Assembly (NCBI RefSeq): GCF_009914755.1
Contig: NC_060937.1
From: the human T2T-CHM13v2.0 reference genome, Homo sapiens
Length of the DNA: 64,000 nucleotides
Direction: 5' to 3' (one strand)
Part shown: one piece after another, positions 29,401 through 46,700 of the stretch
Position numbering within the stretch: the stretch's first letter is position 1
Layout: every line of letters starts with the position of its first letter
Position numbers and translations under genes: made by a program
The notes under the pieces: generated by a model
Told to the model about the DNA's origin: nothing
The model's input: only the letters and a program-made list of their open reading frames with translations
The model's database searches: none

Positions 29401-32400
29401 CAAAGTACCCAAGGTATGCATTACATACTGTACATAAAATATCAAAGTACACATATTATATATTATATAATATACATAAAATATGAAGGTTCATCAAATA
29501 TATATTATATTCTGTACATAATATATCAAAGTACATCAAATATATATTATATACTGTACATAAAATATCAAAGTACCAAAAATATGTATTATATACTGTA
29601 CATAAAATATGAAAGTAACCAAACATTTATAATATACTGTACATAAAATATCAAAGTACTCAGTCTACATATTACATACAGTATATAAAATATCAAAGTA
29701 CACACACTGTATATTATATACTGTACATAATATATCAAAGTACCCAGAATATATAACATACTGTACATAAAATATCAAAGTACCCGAAATATATATGGTA
29801 TACTGTACATAAAATATGAAGGTACATCAAAGATATATTATATTCTGTACATAAAATATCAAACTACACCAAATATATATTATATGCTGTACATAATATA
29901 TTAAAGTTGCCCAAATACACATTCTATACTGTACATAAAATATGAACGTACATCAAATATATAGTATATGCTGCACATAAAATATCAAAGTACCCAAAGT
30001 ATGTATTATACACTGTACATAAAATATCAAAGTACCAAAAGTATATATTACATACTGTAAATAAAATATGAAGGTACCTCAAATATATATTATATTCTGT
30101 ACATAAAATATCAAAGTCCACCAAGTATATACTATATACTCTGCATAAAATATTAAATTACCCAAAATATGTATTGCATTGTGTACATAAAATATGAAAG
30201 TAACCAAACATTTATAATAAACTGTACATAAAATATCAAAGTACTCAAACTGTATATTATATACTGTACATAAAGTATCAAAGTACCCAAACTGTGTAGT
30301 ATATACTGTACATAAAATATCAAGGTACCCAAAATATATATTGTAAACTGTAGATTAAATATCAAAGTACCCAAAATATATATTATATACTGTACATAAA
30401 ATATGAAGGCACATCCAATATATACTATATTCTGTACATAAAATATCAAAGTACACCAAATGTATATTATATACTGTACATAAAATATCAAAGTACCCAA
30501 AGTGTATATTATATACTGTACATAAAATATGAAGGTTCATCAAATATATTTTATATTCTGCACATAATATATCAAAGTACAGCAAATATATATTATATAC
30601 TGTACATAAAATATCAAAGTACCCAAAATATGTATTATATACTGTACATAAAATATGAAAGTAACCAAACATTTATAATAAACTTTACATAAAGTATCAA
30701 AGTACTCAAACTACATATTATATACAGTATATAAAATATCAAAGTACCCCAACTGTATATTATATACTGTACATAATATATCAAAGTACCCAAATATATA
30801 GCATACTGTACATAAAATATCAAAGTACCCAAAATATATATTATATACTGTACATAAAATATCAAAATACCCAAAATATATATTATATACTGTACATAAA
30901 TTACCAAAGTACCCAAAGTATATATTATGTAACGTACAAAAAATATCAAAGTAGCCAAAATATGTATTATACACTGTACTTAATATATGAAAGTACCCAA
31001 ACATTTATAATAAACTGTAAATAAAATATCAATGTACTCAAACTATATATTATGTGCGGTACATAAGATATCAAAGTACCCATGCTATATAGTATATACT
31101 GTACTTAAAATATCAAAATACCCAAAATATATATTATATACGTTACATAAACTATCAAATACACAAAGTATGTATTATATACTGTACATAAAATAGCAAA
31201 GTTCCCAAAATATGTATTATATACTGTACATAAAATATGAAAGTACCCAACCATTTATAATAAACTCTACATAAAATACCAAAGTACCCAAACTGTGTAT
31301 TATATACTGTCCATAAAATATCAAAGGACCCAAAATATATATTGTAAACTCTACATAAAATATCAAAGTAGCCAAAATACATATTGTATACTGTACATAA
31401 AATATAAAAGTACCCCAAATATATATTATATACTGTACATAAAATATCAAAGTACCCATAATACATATTATATACTGTACATAAAATATCAAAGGACCCA
31501 AAATAAACATTATATACTGTACATAAAATATCCAAATACTCAAAATATATATTACATACTGTACATAAAATATCAAAGTACCCAAATTATGTATTATATA
31601 CTGTATATAAAATATCAGAGTACCCAAAATATGCATTATATACTGTACATAAAATATGAAGGTACATCAAATATATAGTATATGCTGCACATAAAATATC
31701 AAAGTACCCAAAGTATGTATTATATACTGTACATAAAATATCAAAGTACCAAAAGTATATATTACCTACTGTAAATAAAATATGAAGATACCTCAAATAT
31801 ATATTATATTCTGTACATAAAATATCAAAGTGCACCAAGTATATACTATATACTCTACATAAAATATTAAATTACCCAAAATATGTATTGTATTGTGTAC
31901 ATAAATTATGAAAGTAACCAAACATTTATAATAAACTGTACATAAAATATCAAAGTACTCAAACTTTATATTATATACTGTACATAAAGTATCAAAGTAC
32001 CCAAACTGTGTAGTATATACTGTACATGAAATATCAAGGTACCCAAAATGTATATTGTAAACTGTAGATAAAATATCAAAGTACCCAAAATATATATTAT
32101 ATACTGTACATAAAATATGAAGGCACATCCAATATATATTATATTCTGTACATAAAATATCAAAGTACACCAAATGTATATTATATACTGTACATAAAAT
32201 ATAAAACTACCCCAAATATATCTTATATACTCTACATAAAATATCAAAGTACCCAAAATATATATTATATACTGTACATAAAATATCAAAGTACCCATAG
32301 TATGTATTATATCCTGTACATAAAATATGAAGGTACATCAAATATATATTCTATTCTGCACATAAAATATCATATTGCACCAAATATATATTGTATACTG

Positions 32401-35400
32401 TATATAAAATATGAAGGTACTTCAAATATATATTATATGCTGCACATAAAATATCAAAGTACCCAAAGTATGCATTATATACTGTACATAAAATATCAAA
32501 GTACCCAAAGTGTATATTATATACTGTACATAAATTATGAAGGTTCATCAAATATATTTTATATTCTGCACATAATATATCAAAGTACAGCAAATATATA
32601 TTATATATTGTACATAAAATAACAAAGTACCAAAAATATGTATTATATACTGTACATAAAATATGAAAGTAACCAAATATTTATAATAAACTGTATATAA
32701 AATATCAAAGTACTCAAACTACATATTATATACAGTATATAAAATATCAAAGTACCCAAACTATATATTATATACTGTACATACTATATCAAAGTACCCA
32801 AATATATAGCATACTGTCCATAAAATATCAAAGTACCCAATATATATATTGTATACTGTACATAAAATATGAAGGTACATCAAAGATATATTATATCCTG
32901 TACATAAAATATCAAAGTACACCAAATATATATTATATGCTGTACATAATATATTAAAGTCGACCAAATATATATTATATACTGTACATAAAATATGAAG
33001 GTACCTCAACTATATATTATATGCTGCACATAAATTATCAAAGTACCCAAAGTATGTATTATATACTGTACATAAAATATCAAAGTACCCAAAGTATATA
33101 TTATATACTGTACATAAAATATAAAATACCCCAAATATATATTATATGCTGTACATAAAATATCAAAGTACACAAAATATGTATTATGTACTGTACATAC
33201 AATATAAAGGACCCAAAATATATACTATATACTGTACATAAAATATCAAAATACCCAAAATATATATTATATACTGTACATAAAATACCAAAGTACCCAA
33301 AGTATATATTATATACCGTACAAAAAATATCAAAGTAGCCAAAATATGTATTATACACTGTACATAATATATGAAAGTACCCAAACATTTATAATAAACT
33401 GTACATAAAATATCAATGTACTCAAACTATGTATTATGTGCGGTACATAACATATCAAAGTATCCATACTATATAGTATGTACTGCACTTAAAATATCAA
33501 AATACCCAAAATATATATTATATACGTTACATAAACTATCAAATACACAAAGTATGTATTATATACTGTACATAAAATAGCAAAGTTCCCAAAATATGTA
33601 TTATATACTGTACATAAAATATGAAAGTACCCAACCATTTATAATAAACTCTACATAAAATACCAAAGTACCCAAACTGTGTATTATATACTGTCCATAA
33701 AATATCAAAGTACCCAAAATATATATTGTAAACTCTACATAAAATATCAAAGTAGCCAAAATACATATTTTATACTGTACATAAAATATGAAAGTACCCC
33801 AAATATGTATTATATACTGTACATAAAATATCAAAGTACCCATAATACATATTATATACTGTACATAAAATATCAAAGGACCCAAAATAAACATTATATA
33901 CTGTACATAAAATATCCAAATACTCAAAATATATATTACGTACTGTACATAAAATATCAAAGTACCCAAATTATGTATTATATACTGTACGTAAAATATC
34001 AGAGTACCCAAAATATGCATTATATACTGTACATAAAATATGAAAGTAACAATACATTTATAATAAACTGTACAAAAAATATCAAAGTACTCAAACTATA
34101 TATCATATACTGTACATAAAATATCAAAGTACCCAAACTGTGTATTATTATATACTGTATATAAAATATCAAATACCTGAAATATATATTGTATACTGTA
34201 CATAAAATATCAAAGTACCCAAAATATATACTATATACTGTACATAAAATATGAAGGTACATCAAATATATATTATATCCTGTACATAAAATATCAAAGT
34301 ACACCTATTATATATTGTGTACTGTACATAATATATTAAATCGCCCAAATATATATTGTATACTGTATATAAAATATGAAGGTACTTCAAATATATATTA
34401 TATGCTGCACATAAAATATCAAAGTACCCAAAGTATGCATTACATACTGTACATAAAATATCAAAGTACACATATTATATATTATATAATGTACATAAAA
34501 TATGAAGGTTCATCAAATATATATTATATTCTGTACATAATATATCAAAGTACATAAAATATATATTATATACGGTACATAAAATATCAAAGTACCAAAA
34601 ATATGTATTATATACTGTACATAAAACATGAAAGTAACCAAACATTTATAATAAACTGTACATTAAATATCAAAGTACTCAATGTACATAATATATACAG
34701 TATATAAAATATCAAAGTACACAAACTGTATATTATATACTGTACATAATATATCAAAGTACCCAGAATATATAGCATACTGTACATAAAATATCAAAGT
34801 ACCCAAAATATATATTGTATACTGTACTTAAAATATGAAGGTACATCAAAGATATATTATATTCTGTACATAAAATATCAAAGTACACCAAATATATATT
34901 ATATGCTGTACATAGTATATTAAAGTTGCCCGTATATACATTATATACTGTACATAAAATATGAACGTACATCAAATATATAGTATATGCTGCACATAAA
35001 ATATCAAAGTACCCAAAGTATGTATTATACACTGTACATAAAATATCAAAGTACCAAAAGTATATATTACATACTGTAAATAAAATATGAAGGTACCTCA
35101 AATATATATTATATTCTGTACATAAAATATCAAAGTACACCAAGTATATACTATATACTCTGCATAAAATATTAAATTACCCAAAATATGTATTGTATTG
35201 TGTACATAAAATATGAAAGTAACCAAACATTTATAATAAACTGTACATAAAATATCAAAGTACTCAAACTGTATATTATATACTGTACATAAAGTATCAA
35301 AGTACCCAAACTGTGTAGTATATACTGTACATAAAATATCAAGGTACCCAAAATATATATTGTAAACTGTAGATAAAATATCAAAGTACCCAAAATATAT

Positions 35401-37407
35401 ATTATATACTGTACATAAAATGTGAAGGCACATCCAATATATATTATATTCTGTACATAAAATATCAAAGTACACCAAATGTATATTATATACTGTACAT
35501 AAAATATCAAAGTACCCAAAGTGTATATTATATACTGTACATAAAATATGAAGGTTCATCAAATATGTTTTATATTCTGCACATAATATATCAAAGTACA
35601 GCAAATATATATTATATACTGTACATAAAATATCAAAGTACCCAAAATATGTATTATATACTGTACATAAAATATGAAAGTAACCAAACATTTATAATAA
35701 ACTGTACATAAAGTATCAAAGTACTCAAACTACATATTATATACAGTATATAAAATGTCAAAGTACCCAAACTGTATATTATATACTGTACATAATATAT
35801 CAAAGTACCCGAATATATAGCATACTGTACATAAAATATCAAAGTACCCAAAGTGTGTTTTATACACTGCACATAAAATATGAAGGTACATAAAATATAT
35901 ATTGTATTCTGTACATAAAATATCAAAGTACTCCAAATATATATTATATGCTGTACATAATATATTAAAGTCGCCCAAATATATATTATATACTGTGCAT
36001 AAAATATGAAGGTACATCAAATATATATTATATGCTGCACATAAAATATCAAAGTACCCAAAGTATGTGTTATATACTGTACATAAAATATCAAAGTACC
36101 CAAAGTATATATTATATACTGTACATAAAATATAAAATACCCCAAATATATATTATATGCTGTACATAAAATATCAAAGTACACAAAATATGTATTATAT
36201 ACTGTACATAAAATACCAAAGGACCCAAAATATATATTATATACTGTACATAAAATATCAAAATTCCCAAAATATATATTATATACTGTACATAAAATAC
36301 CAAAGTACCCAAAGTATATATTATATACCGTACAAAAAATATCAAAGTAGCCAAAATATGTATTATACACTGTACATAATATATGAAAGTACCCAAACAT
36401 TTATAATAAACTGTACATAAAATATCAATGTACTCAAACTATATATTATGTGCGGTACATAAGATATCAAAGTACCCATACTATATAGTATATACTGTAC
36501 TTAAAATATCAAAATACCCAAAATATATATTATATACGTTACATAAACTATCAAGTACACAAAGTATGTATTATATACTGTACATAAAATAGCAAAGTTC
36601 CCAAAATATGTATTATATATATTATAAATATGTACATAAAATATGAAAGTATCCAACCATTTATAATAAACTCTACATAAAACACCAAAGTACCCAAACT
36701 GTGTATTATATACTGTCCATAAAATATCAAAGTACCCAAAATATATATTGTAAACTGTACATAAAATATCAAAGTAGCCAAAATACATATTGTATACTGT
36801 ACATAAAATATAAAAGTACCCCAAATATATATTATATACTGTACATAAAATATCAAAGTACCCATAATACATATTATATACTGTACATAAAATATCAAAG
36901 GACCCAAAATAAACATTATATACTGTACATAAAATATCCAAATACTCAAAATATATATTACATACTGTACATAAAATATCAAAGTACCCAAATTATGTAT
37001 TATATACTGTACGTAAAATATCAGAGTACCCAAAATATGCATTATATACTGTACATAAAATATGAAAGTAACAAAACATTTATAATAAACTGTACATAAA
37101 ATATCAAAGTACTCAAACTATATATCATATACTGTACATAAAATATCAAAGTACCCAAAATATATATTGTATACTGTACATAAAATATGAAGGTACATCA
37201 AAGATATATTATATTCTGTACATAAAATATCAAACTACACCAAATATATATTATATGCTGTACATAATATATTAAAGTTGCCCATATATACATTCTATAC
37301 TGTACATAAAATATGAACGTACATCAAATATATAGTATATGCTGCACATAAAATATCAAAGTACCCAAAGTATGTATTATACACTGTACATAAAATATCA
37401 AAGTACC
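7500..37407 (+). repeat. ~19,299-bp super-unit repeat (about 7500-18108 recurs at about 26800-37407)
   Basis: Markers 11754/31052, 14137/33436 and 17149/36448 recur at +19298 to +19299, with the same order of structural HOR variants. Confidence 0.88.
19501..25526 (+). repeat. Two intact copies of the 3,013-bp higher-order repeat (72 monomers each)
   Basis: Once-per-unit marker ATGTGCG(G/C)TACATAAGAT at 19501, 22514 and 25527 (spacing 3013, 3013). ORF track offsets agree (19604/22617/25630). Confidence 0.92.
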
Positions 37408-37754
37408 CAAAGTATATATTATATACTGTACATAAAATATAAAATACCCCAAATATATATTATATGCTCTACATAAAATATCAAAGTACACAAAATATGT
37501 ATTATATACTGTACATAAAATACCAAAGGACCCAAAATATATATTATATACTGTACATAAAATATCAAAATACCCAAAATATATATTATATACTGTACAT
37601 AAAATACCAAAGTACCCAAAGTATATATTATATACCGTACAAAAAATATCAAAGTAGCCAAAATATGTATTATACACTGTACATAATATATGAAAGTACC
37701 CAAACATTTATAATAAACTGTACATAAAATATCAATGTACTCAAACTATATATT

Positions 37755-40700
37755 ATGTGCGGTACATAAGATATCAAAGTACCCATACTATATAGTATAT
37801 ACTGTACTTAAAATATCAAAATACCCAAAATATATATTATATACGTTACATAAACTATCACATACACAAAGTATGTATTATATACTGTACATAAAATAGC
37901 AAAGTTCCCAAAATATGTATTATATACTGTACATAAAATATGAAAGTACCCAACCATTCATAATAAAGTCTACATAAAATACCAAAGTACCCAAACTGTG
38001 TATTATATACTGTCCATAAAATATCAAAGGACCCAAAATATATATTGTAAACTCTACATAAAATATCAAAGTAGCCAAAATACATATTGTATACTGTACA
38101 TAAAATATAAAAGTACCCGAAATATATATTATATACTGTACATAAAATATCAAAGTACCCATAATACATATTATATACTGTACATAAAATATCAAAGGAC
38201 CCAAAATAAACATTATATACTGTACATAAAATATCCAAATACTCAAAATATATATTACATACTGTACATAAAATATCAAAGTACCCAAATTATGTATTAT
38301 ATACTGTACGTAAAATATCAGAGTACCCAAAATATGCATTATATACTGTACATAAAATATGAAAGTAACAAAACATTTATAATAAACTGTACATAAAATA
38401 TCAAAGTACTCAAACTATATATCATATACTGTACATAAAATATCAAAGTACCCAAACTGTGTATTATTACATACTTTATATAAAATATCAAAGTACCTGA
38501 AATATATATTTTATACTGTACATAAAATATCAAAGTACCCAAAATATATACTATATACTGTACATAAAATATGAAGGTACATCAAATATATATTATATCC
38601 TGTACATAAAATATCAAAGTACTCCTATTATATATTGTGTACTGTACATAATATATTAAATCGCCCAAATATATATTTTATACTGTATATGAAATATGAA
38701 GGTACTTCAAATATATATTATATGCTGCACATAAAATATCAAAGTACCCAAAGTATGCATTACATACTGTACATAAAATATCAAAGTACACAAATTATAT
38801 ATTATATTCTGTACATAAAATATGTAGGTTCGTCAAATATATTTTATATTCTGTACATAATATATCAAAGTACATCAAATATATATTATATACGGTACAT
38901 AAAATATCAAAGTACCCAAAATATGTACTATTTACTGTACATAAAATATGAAAGTAACCAAACATTTATAATAAACTGTACATAAAATATCAAAGTACTC
39001 AATCTACATATTATATACAGTATATAAAATATCAAAGTACACAAACTGTATATTATATACTGTACATAATATATCAAAGTACCCAGAATATATAGCATAC
39101 TGTACATACAATATCAAAGTACCCAGAATGTATATTGTATACTGTACATAAAATATGAAGGTACATCAAAGATATATTATATTCTGTACATAAAATATCA
39201 AAGTACACCAAATATATATTATATGCTGTACATAATATATTAAAGTTGCCCATGTATACATTTTATACTGTACATAAAATATGAAGGTACATCAAATATA
39301 TAGTATATGCTGCACATAAAATATCAAAGTACCCAAAGTATGTATTATATACTGTACATAAAATATCAAAGTACCAAAAGTATATATTACCTACTGTAAA
39401 TAAAATATGAAGATACCTCAAATATATATTATATTCTGTACATAAAATATCAAAGTACACCAAGTATATACTATATACTCTACATAAAATATTAAATTAC
39501 CCAAAATATGTATTGTATTGTGTACATAAAATATGAAAGTATCCAAACATTTATAATAAACTGTACATAAAATATCAAAGTACTCAAACTGTATATTATA
39601 TACTGTACATAAAGTATCAAAGTACCCAAACTGTGTATTATATACTGTACATAAAATATCAAGGTACCCAAAATATATATTGTAAACTGTAGATAAAATA
39701 TCAAAATACCCAAAATATATATTATATACTGTACATAAAATATGAAGGCACATCCAATATATATTATATTCTGTACATAAAATATCAAAGTACACCAAAT
39801 GTATATTATATACTGTACATAAAATATCAAAGTACCCAAAGTGTATATTATATACTGTACATAAAATATGAAGGTTCATCAAATATATTTTATACTCTGC
39901 ACATAATATATCAAAGTACAGCAAATATATATTATATACTGTACATAAAATATCAAAGTACCCAGAATATGTATTATATACTGTACATAAAATATGAAAG
40001 TAAGCAAACATTTATAATAAACTGTACATAAAGTATCAAAGTACTCAAACTACATATTATATACAGTATATAAAATATCAAAGTACACAAACTGTATATT
40101 ATATACTGTACATAATATATCAAAGTACCCGAATATATAGCATAATCTACATAAAATATCAAAGTACCCAAAGTTTGTATTATACACTGCACATAAAATA
40201 TGAAGGTACATCAAAGATATATTATATTCTGTACATAAAATATCAAAGTACACCAACTATATATTATATGCTGTACATAATATATTAAAGTCGACCAAAT
40301 ATATATTATATACTGTACATAAAATATGAAGGTACATCAAATATATATTATATGCTGCACATAAAATATCAAAGTACCCAAAGTATGTGTTATATACTGT
40401 ACATAAAATATCAAAGTACCCAAAGTATATATTATATACTGTACATAAAATATAAAATACCCCAAATATATATTATATGCTGTACATAAAATATCAAAGT
40501 ACACAAAATATGTATTATATACTGTACATAAAATACCAAAGGACCCAAAATATATATTATATACTGTACATAAAATATCAAAATACCCAAAATATATATT
40601 ATATACTGTACATAAAATACCAAAGTACCCAAAGTATATATTATATACCGTACAAAAAATATCAAAGTAGCCAAAATATGTATTATACACTGTACATAAT

Positions 40701-43700
40701 ATATGAAAGTACCCAAACATTTATAATAAACTGTACATAAAATATCAATGTACTCAAACTATATATTATGTGCGCTACATAAGATATCAAAGTACCCATA
40801 CTATATAGTATATACTGTACTTAAAATATCAAAATACCCAAAATATATATTATATACGTTACATAAACTATCAAATACACAAAGTATGTATTATATACTG
40901 TACATAAAATAGCAAAGTTCCCAAAATATGTATTATATACTGTACATAAAATATGAAAGTACCCAACCATTTATAATAAAGTCTACATAAAATACCAAAG
41001 TACCCAAACTGTGTATTATATACTGTCCATAAAATATCAAAGGACCCAAAATATATATTTTAAACTCTACAGAAAATATTAAAGTAGCCAAAATACATAT
41101 TGTATACTGTACATAAAATATAAAAGTACCCCAAATATATATTATATACTGTACATAAAATATCAAAGTACCCATAATACATATTATATACTGTACATAA
41201 AATATCAAAGGACCCAAAATAAACATTATATACTGTACATAAAATATCCAAATACTCAAAATACATATTACATACTGTACATAAAATATCAAAGTACCCA
41301 AATTATGTATTATATACTGTACGTAAAATATCAGAGTACCCAAAATATGCATTATATACTGTACATAAAAAATGAAAGTAACAAAACATTTATAATAAAC
41401 TGTACATAAAATATCAAAGTACTCAAACTATATATCATATACTGTACATAAAATATCAAAGTACCCAAACTGTGTATTATTATATACTGTATATAAAATA
41501 TCAAAGTACCTGAAATATATATTGTATACTGTACATAAAATATCAAAGTACCCAAAATATATACTATATACTGTACATAAAATATGAAGGTACATCAAAT
41601 ATATATTATATCCTGTACATAAAATATCAAAGTACACCTATTATATATTGTGTACTGTACATAATATATTAAATCGCCCAAATATATATCGTATACTGTA
41701 TATAAAATATGAAGGTACTTCAAATATATATTGTATGCTGCACATAAAATATCAAAGTACCCAAAGAATGCATTACATACTGTACATAAAATATCAAGGT
41801 ACACAAATTATATATTATATACTGTACATAAAATATGTAGGTTCATCAAATATATTTTATATTCTGTACATAATATATCAAAGTACATCAAATATATATT
41901 ATATACTGTACATAAAATATCAAAGTACCCAAAATATGTATTATATACTGTACATAAAACATGAAAGTAAGCAAACATTTATAATAAACTGTACATAAAA
42001 TATCAAAGTACTCAATCTACATATTATATACAGTATATAAAATATCAAGGTACACAAACTGTATAATATATACTGTACATAATATATCAAAGTACCCAGA
42101 ATATATAGCATACTGTACATAAAATATCAAAGTACCCAAAATATATATTGTATACTGTACATAAAATATGAAGGTACATCAAAGATATATTATATTCTGT
42201 ACATAAAATATCAAAGTACACCAAATATGTATTGTATGCTGTACATAATATATTAAAGTTGCCCATATGTACATTATATACTGTACATAAAATATGAACG
42301 TACATCAAATATATAGTATATGCTGCACATAAAATATCAAAGTACCCAAAGTATGTATTATACACTGTACATAAAATATCAAAGTACCAAAAGTATATAT
42401 TACATACTGTAAATAAAATATGAAGGTACCTCAAATATATATTATATTCTGTACATAAAATATCAAAGTACACCAAGTATATACTATATACTCTGCATAA
42501 AATATTAAATTACCCAAAATATGTATTGTATTGTGTACATAAAATATGAAAGTATCCAAACATTTATAATAAACTGTACATAAAATATCAAAGTACTCAA
42601 ACTGTATATTATATACTATACATAAAGTATCAAAGTACCCAAACTGTGTAGTATATACTGTACATAAAATATCAAGGTACCCAAAATATATATTGTAAAC
42701 TGTAGATAAAATATCAAAGTACCCAAAATATATATTATATACTGTACATAAAATATGAAGGCACATCCAATATATATTATATTCTGTACATAAAATATCA
42801 AAGTACACCAAATGTATATAATATACTGTACATAAAATATCAAAGTACCCAAATTGTATATTATATACTGTACATAAAATATGAAGGTTCATCAAATATA
42901 TTTTATATTCTGCACATCATATATCAAAGTACAGCAAATATATATTATATACTGTACATAAAATATCAAAGTACCCAAAATATGTATTATATACTGTACA
43001 TAAAATATGAAAGTAACCAAACATTTATAATACACTGTACATAAAGTATCAAAGTACTCAAACTACATATTATATACAGTATATAAAATATCAAAGTACC
43101 CAAACTGTATATTATATACTGTACATAATATATCAAAGTACCCGAATATATAGCATACTCTACATAAAATATCAAAGTACCCAAAGTTTGTATTATACAC
43201 TGCACAGAAAATATGAAGGTACATCAAAGATATATTATATTCTGTACATAAAATATCAAAGTACACCAAATATATATTATATGCTGTACATAATATATTA
43301 AAGTCGACCAAATATATATTATATACTGTACATAAAATATGAAGGTACATCAAATATATATTATATGCTGCACATAAAATATCAAAGTACCCAAAGTATG
43401 TGTTATATACTGTACATAAAATATCAAATTACCCAAAGTATATATTATATACTGTACATAAAATATAAAATACCCCAAATATATATTATATGCTCTACAT
43501 AAAATATCAAAGTACACAAAATATGTATTATATACTGTACATAAAATACCAAAGGACCCAAAATATATATTATATACTGTACATAAAATATGAAAATTCC
43601 CAAAATATATATTATATACTGTACATAAAATACCAAAGTACCCAAAGTATATATTATATACCGTACAAAAAATATCAAAGTAGCCAAAATATGTATTATA

Positions 43701-43780
43701 CACTGTACATAATATATGAAAGTACCCAAACATTTATAATAAATTGTACATAAAATATCAATGTACTCCAACTATATATT
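37755..43780 (+). repeat. Two intact 3,013-bp HOR copies (duplicate of 19501-25526)
   Basis: Marker at 37755, 40768 and 43781. Shares private variants with the earlier pair (e.g. GTGCGCTAC at 22516 and 40770). Confidence 0.92.
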
Positions 43781-46700
43781 ATGTGCGGTACATAAGATAT
43801 CAAAGTACCCATACTATATAGTATATACTGTACTTAAAATATCAAAATACCCAAAATATATATTATATACGTTACATAAACTATCAAATACACAAAGTAT
43901 GTATTATATACTGTACATAAAATAGCAAAGTTCCCAAAATATGTATTATATACTGTACATAAAATATGAAAGTACCCAACCATTTATAATAAAGTCTACA
44001 TAAAATACCAAAGTACCCAAACTGTGTATTATATACTGTCCATAAAATATCAAAGTACCCAAAATATATATTGTAAACTCTACATAAAATATCAAAGTAG
44101 CCAAAATACATATTGTATACTGTACATAAAATATAAAAGTACCCCAAATATATATTATATACTGTACATAAAATATCAAAGTACCCATAATACATATTAT
44201 ATACTGTACATAAAATATCAAAGGACCCAAAATAAACATTATATACTGTACATAAAATATCCAAATACTCAAAATATATATTACATACTGTACATAAAAT
44301 ATCAAAGTACCCAAATTATGCATTATATACTGTACGTAAAATATCAGAGTAACCAAAATATGCATTATATACTGTACATAAAAAATGAAAGTAACAAAAC
44401 ATTTATAATAAACTGTACATAAAATATCAAAGTACTCAAACTATATATCATATACTGTACATAAAATATCAAAGTACCCAAACTGTGTATTATTATATAC
44501 TCTATATAAAATATCAAAGTACCTGAAATATATATTGTATACTGTACATAAAATATCAAAGTACCCAAAATATATACTATATACTGTACATAAAATATGA
44601 AGGTACATCAAATATATATTATATCCTGTACATAAAATATCAAAGTACACCTATTATATATTGTGTACTGTACATAATATATTAAATCGCCCAAATATAT
44701 ATTGTATACTGTATATAAAATATGAAGGTACTTCAAATATATATTATATGCTGCACATAAAATATCAAAGTACCCAAAGAATGCATTACATACTGTACAT
44801 AAAATATCAAAATACACATGTTATCTATTATATAATGTACATAAAATATGAAGGTTCATCAAATATATATTATATTCTGTACATAATATATCAAAGTACA
44901 TCAAATATATATTATATACTGTACATAAAATATCAAAGTACCAAAAATATGTATTATATACTGTACATAAAACATGAAAGTAACCAAACATTTATAATAA
45001 ACTGTACATAAAATATCAAAGTACTCAATCTACATATTATATACAGTATATAAAATATCAAAGTACACAAACTGTATATTATATACTGTACATAATATAT
45101 CAAAGTACCCAGAATATATAGCATACTGTACATACAATATCAAAGTACCCAGAATGTATATTGTATTCTGTACATAAAATATGAATGTACATCAAAGATA
45201 TATTATATTCTGTACATAAAATATCAAAGTACACCAAATATATATTATATGCTGTACATAATATATTAAAGTTGCCCATGCATACATTTTATACTGTACA
45301 TAAAATATGAAGGTACATCAAATATATAGTATATGCTGCACATAAAATATCAAAGTACCCAAAGTATGTATTATATACTGTACATAAAATATCAAAGTAC
45401 CAAAAGTATATATTACCTACTGTAAATAAAATATGAAGATACCTCAAATATATATTATATTCTGTACATGAAATATCAAAGTACACCAAGTATATACTAT
45501 ATAGTCTACATAAAATATTAAATTACCCAAAATATGTATTGTATTGTGTACATAAAATATGAAAGTAACCAAACATTTATAATAAACTGTACATAAAATA
45601 TCAAAGTACTCAAACTTTATATTATATACTGTACATAAAGTATCAAAGTACCCAAACTGTGTAGTATATACTGTACATAAAATATCAAGGTACCCAAAAT
45701 GTATATTGTAAACTGTAGATAAAATATCAAAGTACCCAAAATATATATTATATACTGTACATAAAATATGAAGGCTCATCCAATATATATTATATTCTGT
45801 ACATAAAATATCAAAGTACACCAAATGTATATTATATACTGTACATAAAATATAAAACTACCCCAAATATATCTTATATACTCTACATAAAATATCAAAG
45901 TACCCAAAATATATATTATATACTGTACATAAAATATCAAAGTACCCATAGTATGTATTATATCCTGTACATAAAATATGAAGGTACATCAAATATATAT
46001 TCTATTCTGCACATAAAATCTCATATTGCACCAAATATATATTGTATACTGTATATAAAATATGAAGGTACTTCAAATATATATTATATGCTGCACATAA
46101 AATATCAAAGTACCCAAAGTATGCATTATATACTGTACATAAAATATCAAAGTACCCAAAGTGTATATTATATACTGTACATAAAATATGAAGGTTCATC
46201 AAATATATTTTATATTCTGCACATAATATATCAAAGTACAGCAAATATATATTATATACTGTACATAAAATATCAAAGTACCCAAAATATGTATTATATA
46301 CTGTACATAAAATATGAAAGTAACCAAACATTTATAATAAACTGTACATAAAATATCAAAGTACTCAAACTACATATTATATACAGTATATAAAATGTCA
46401 AAGTACCCAAACTGTATATTATATACTGTACATAATATATCAAAGTACCCGAATATATAGCATACTGTACATAAAATTTCAAAGTACCCAAAATATATAT
46501 TGTATACTGTACATAAAATATGAAGGTACATCAAAGATATATTATATTCTGTACATAAAATATCAAAGTACACCAAATATATATTATATGCTGTACAGAA
46601 TATATTAAAGTCGACCAAATATATATTATATACTGTACATAAAATATGAAGGTACATCAAATATATATTATATGCTGCACATAAAATATCAAAGTACCCA

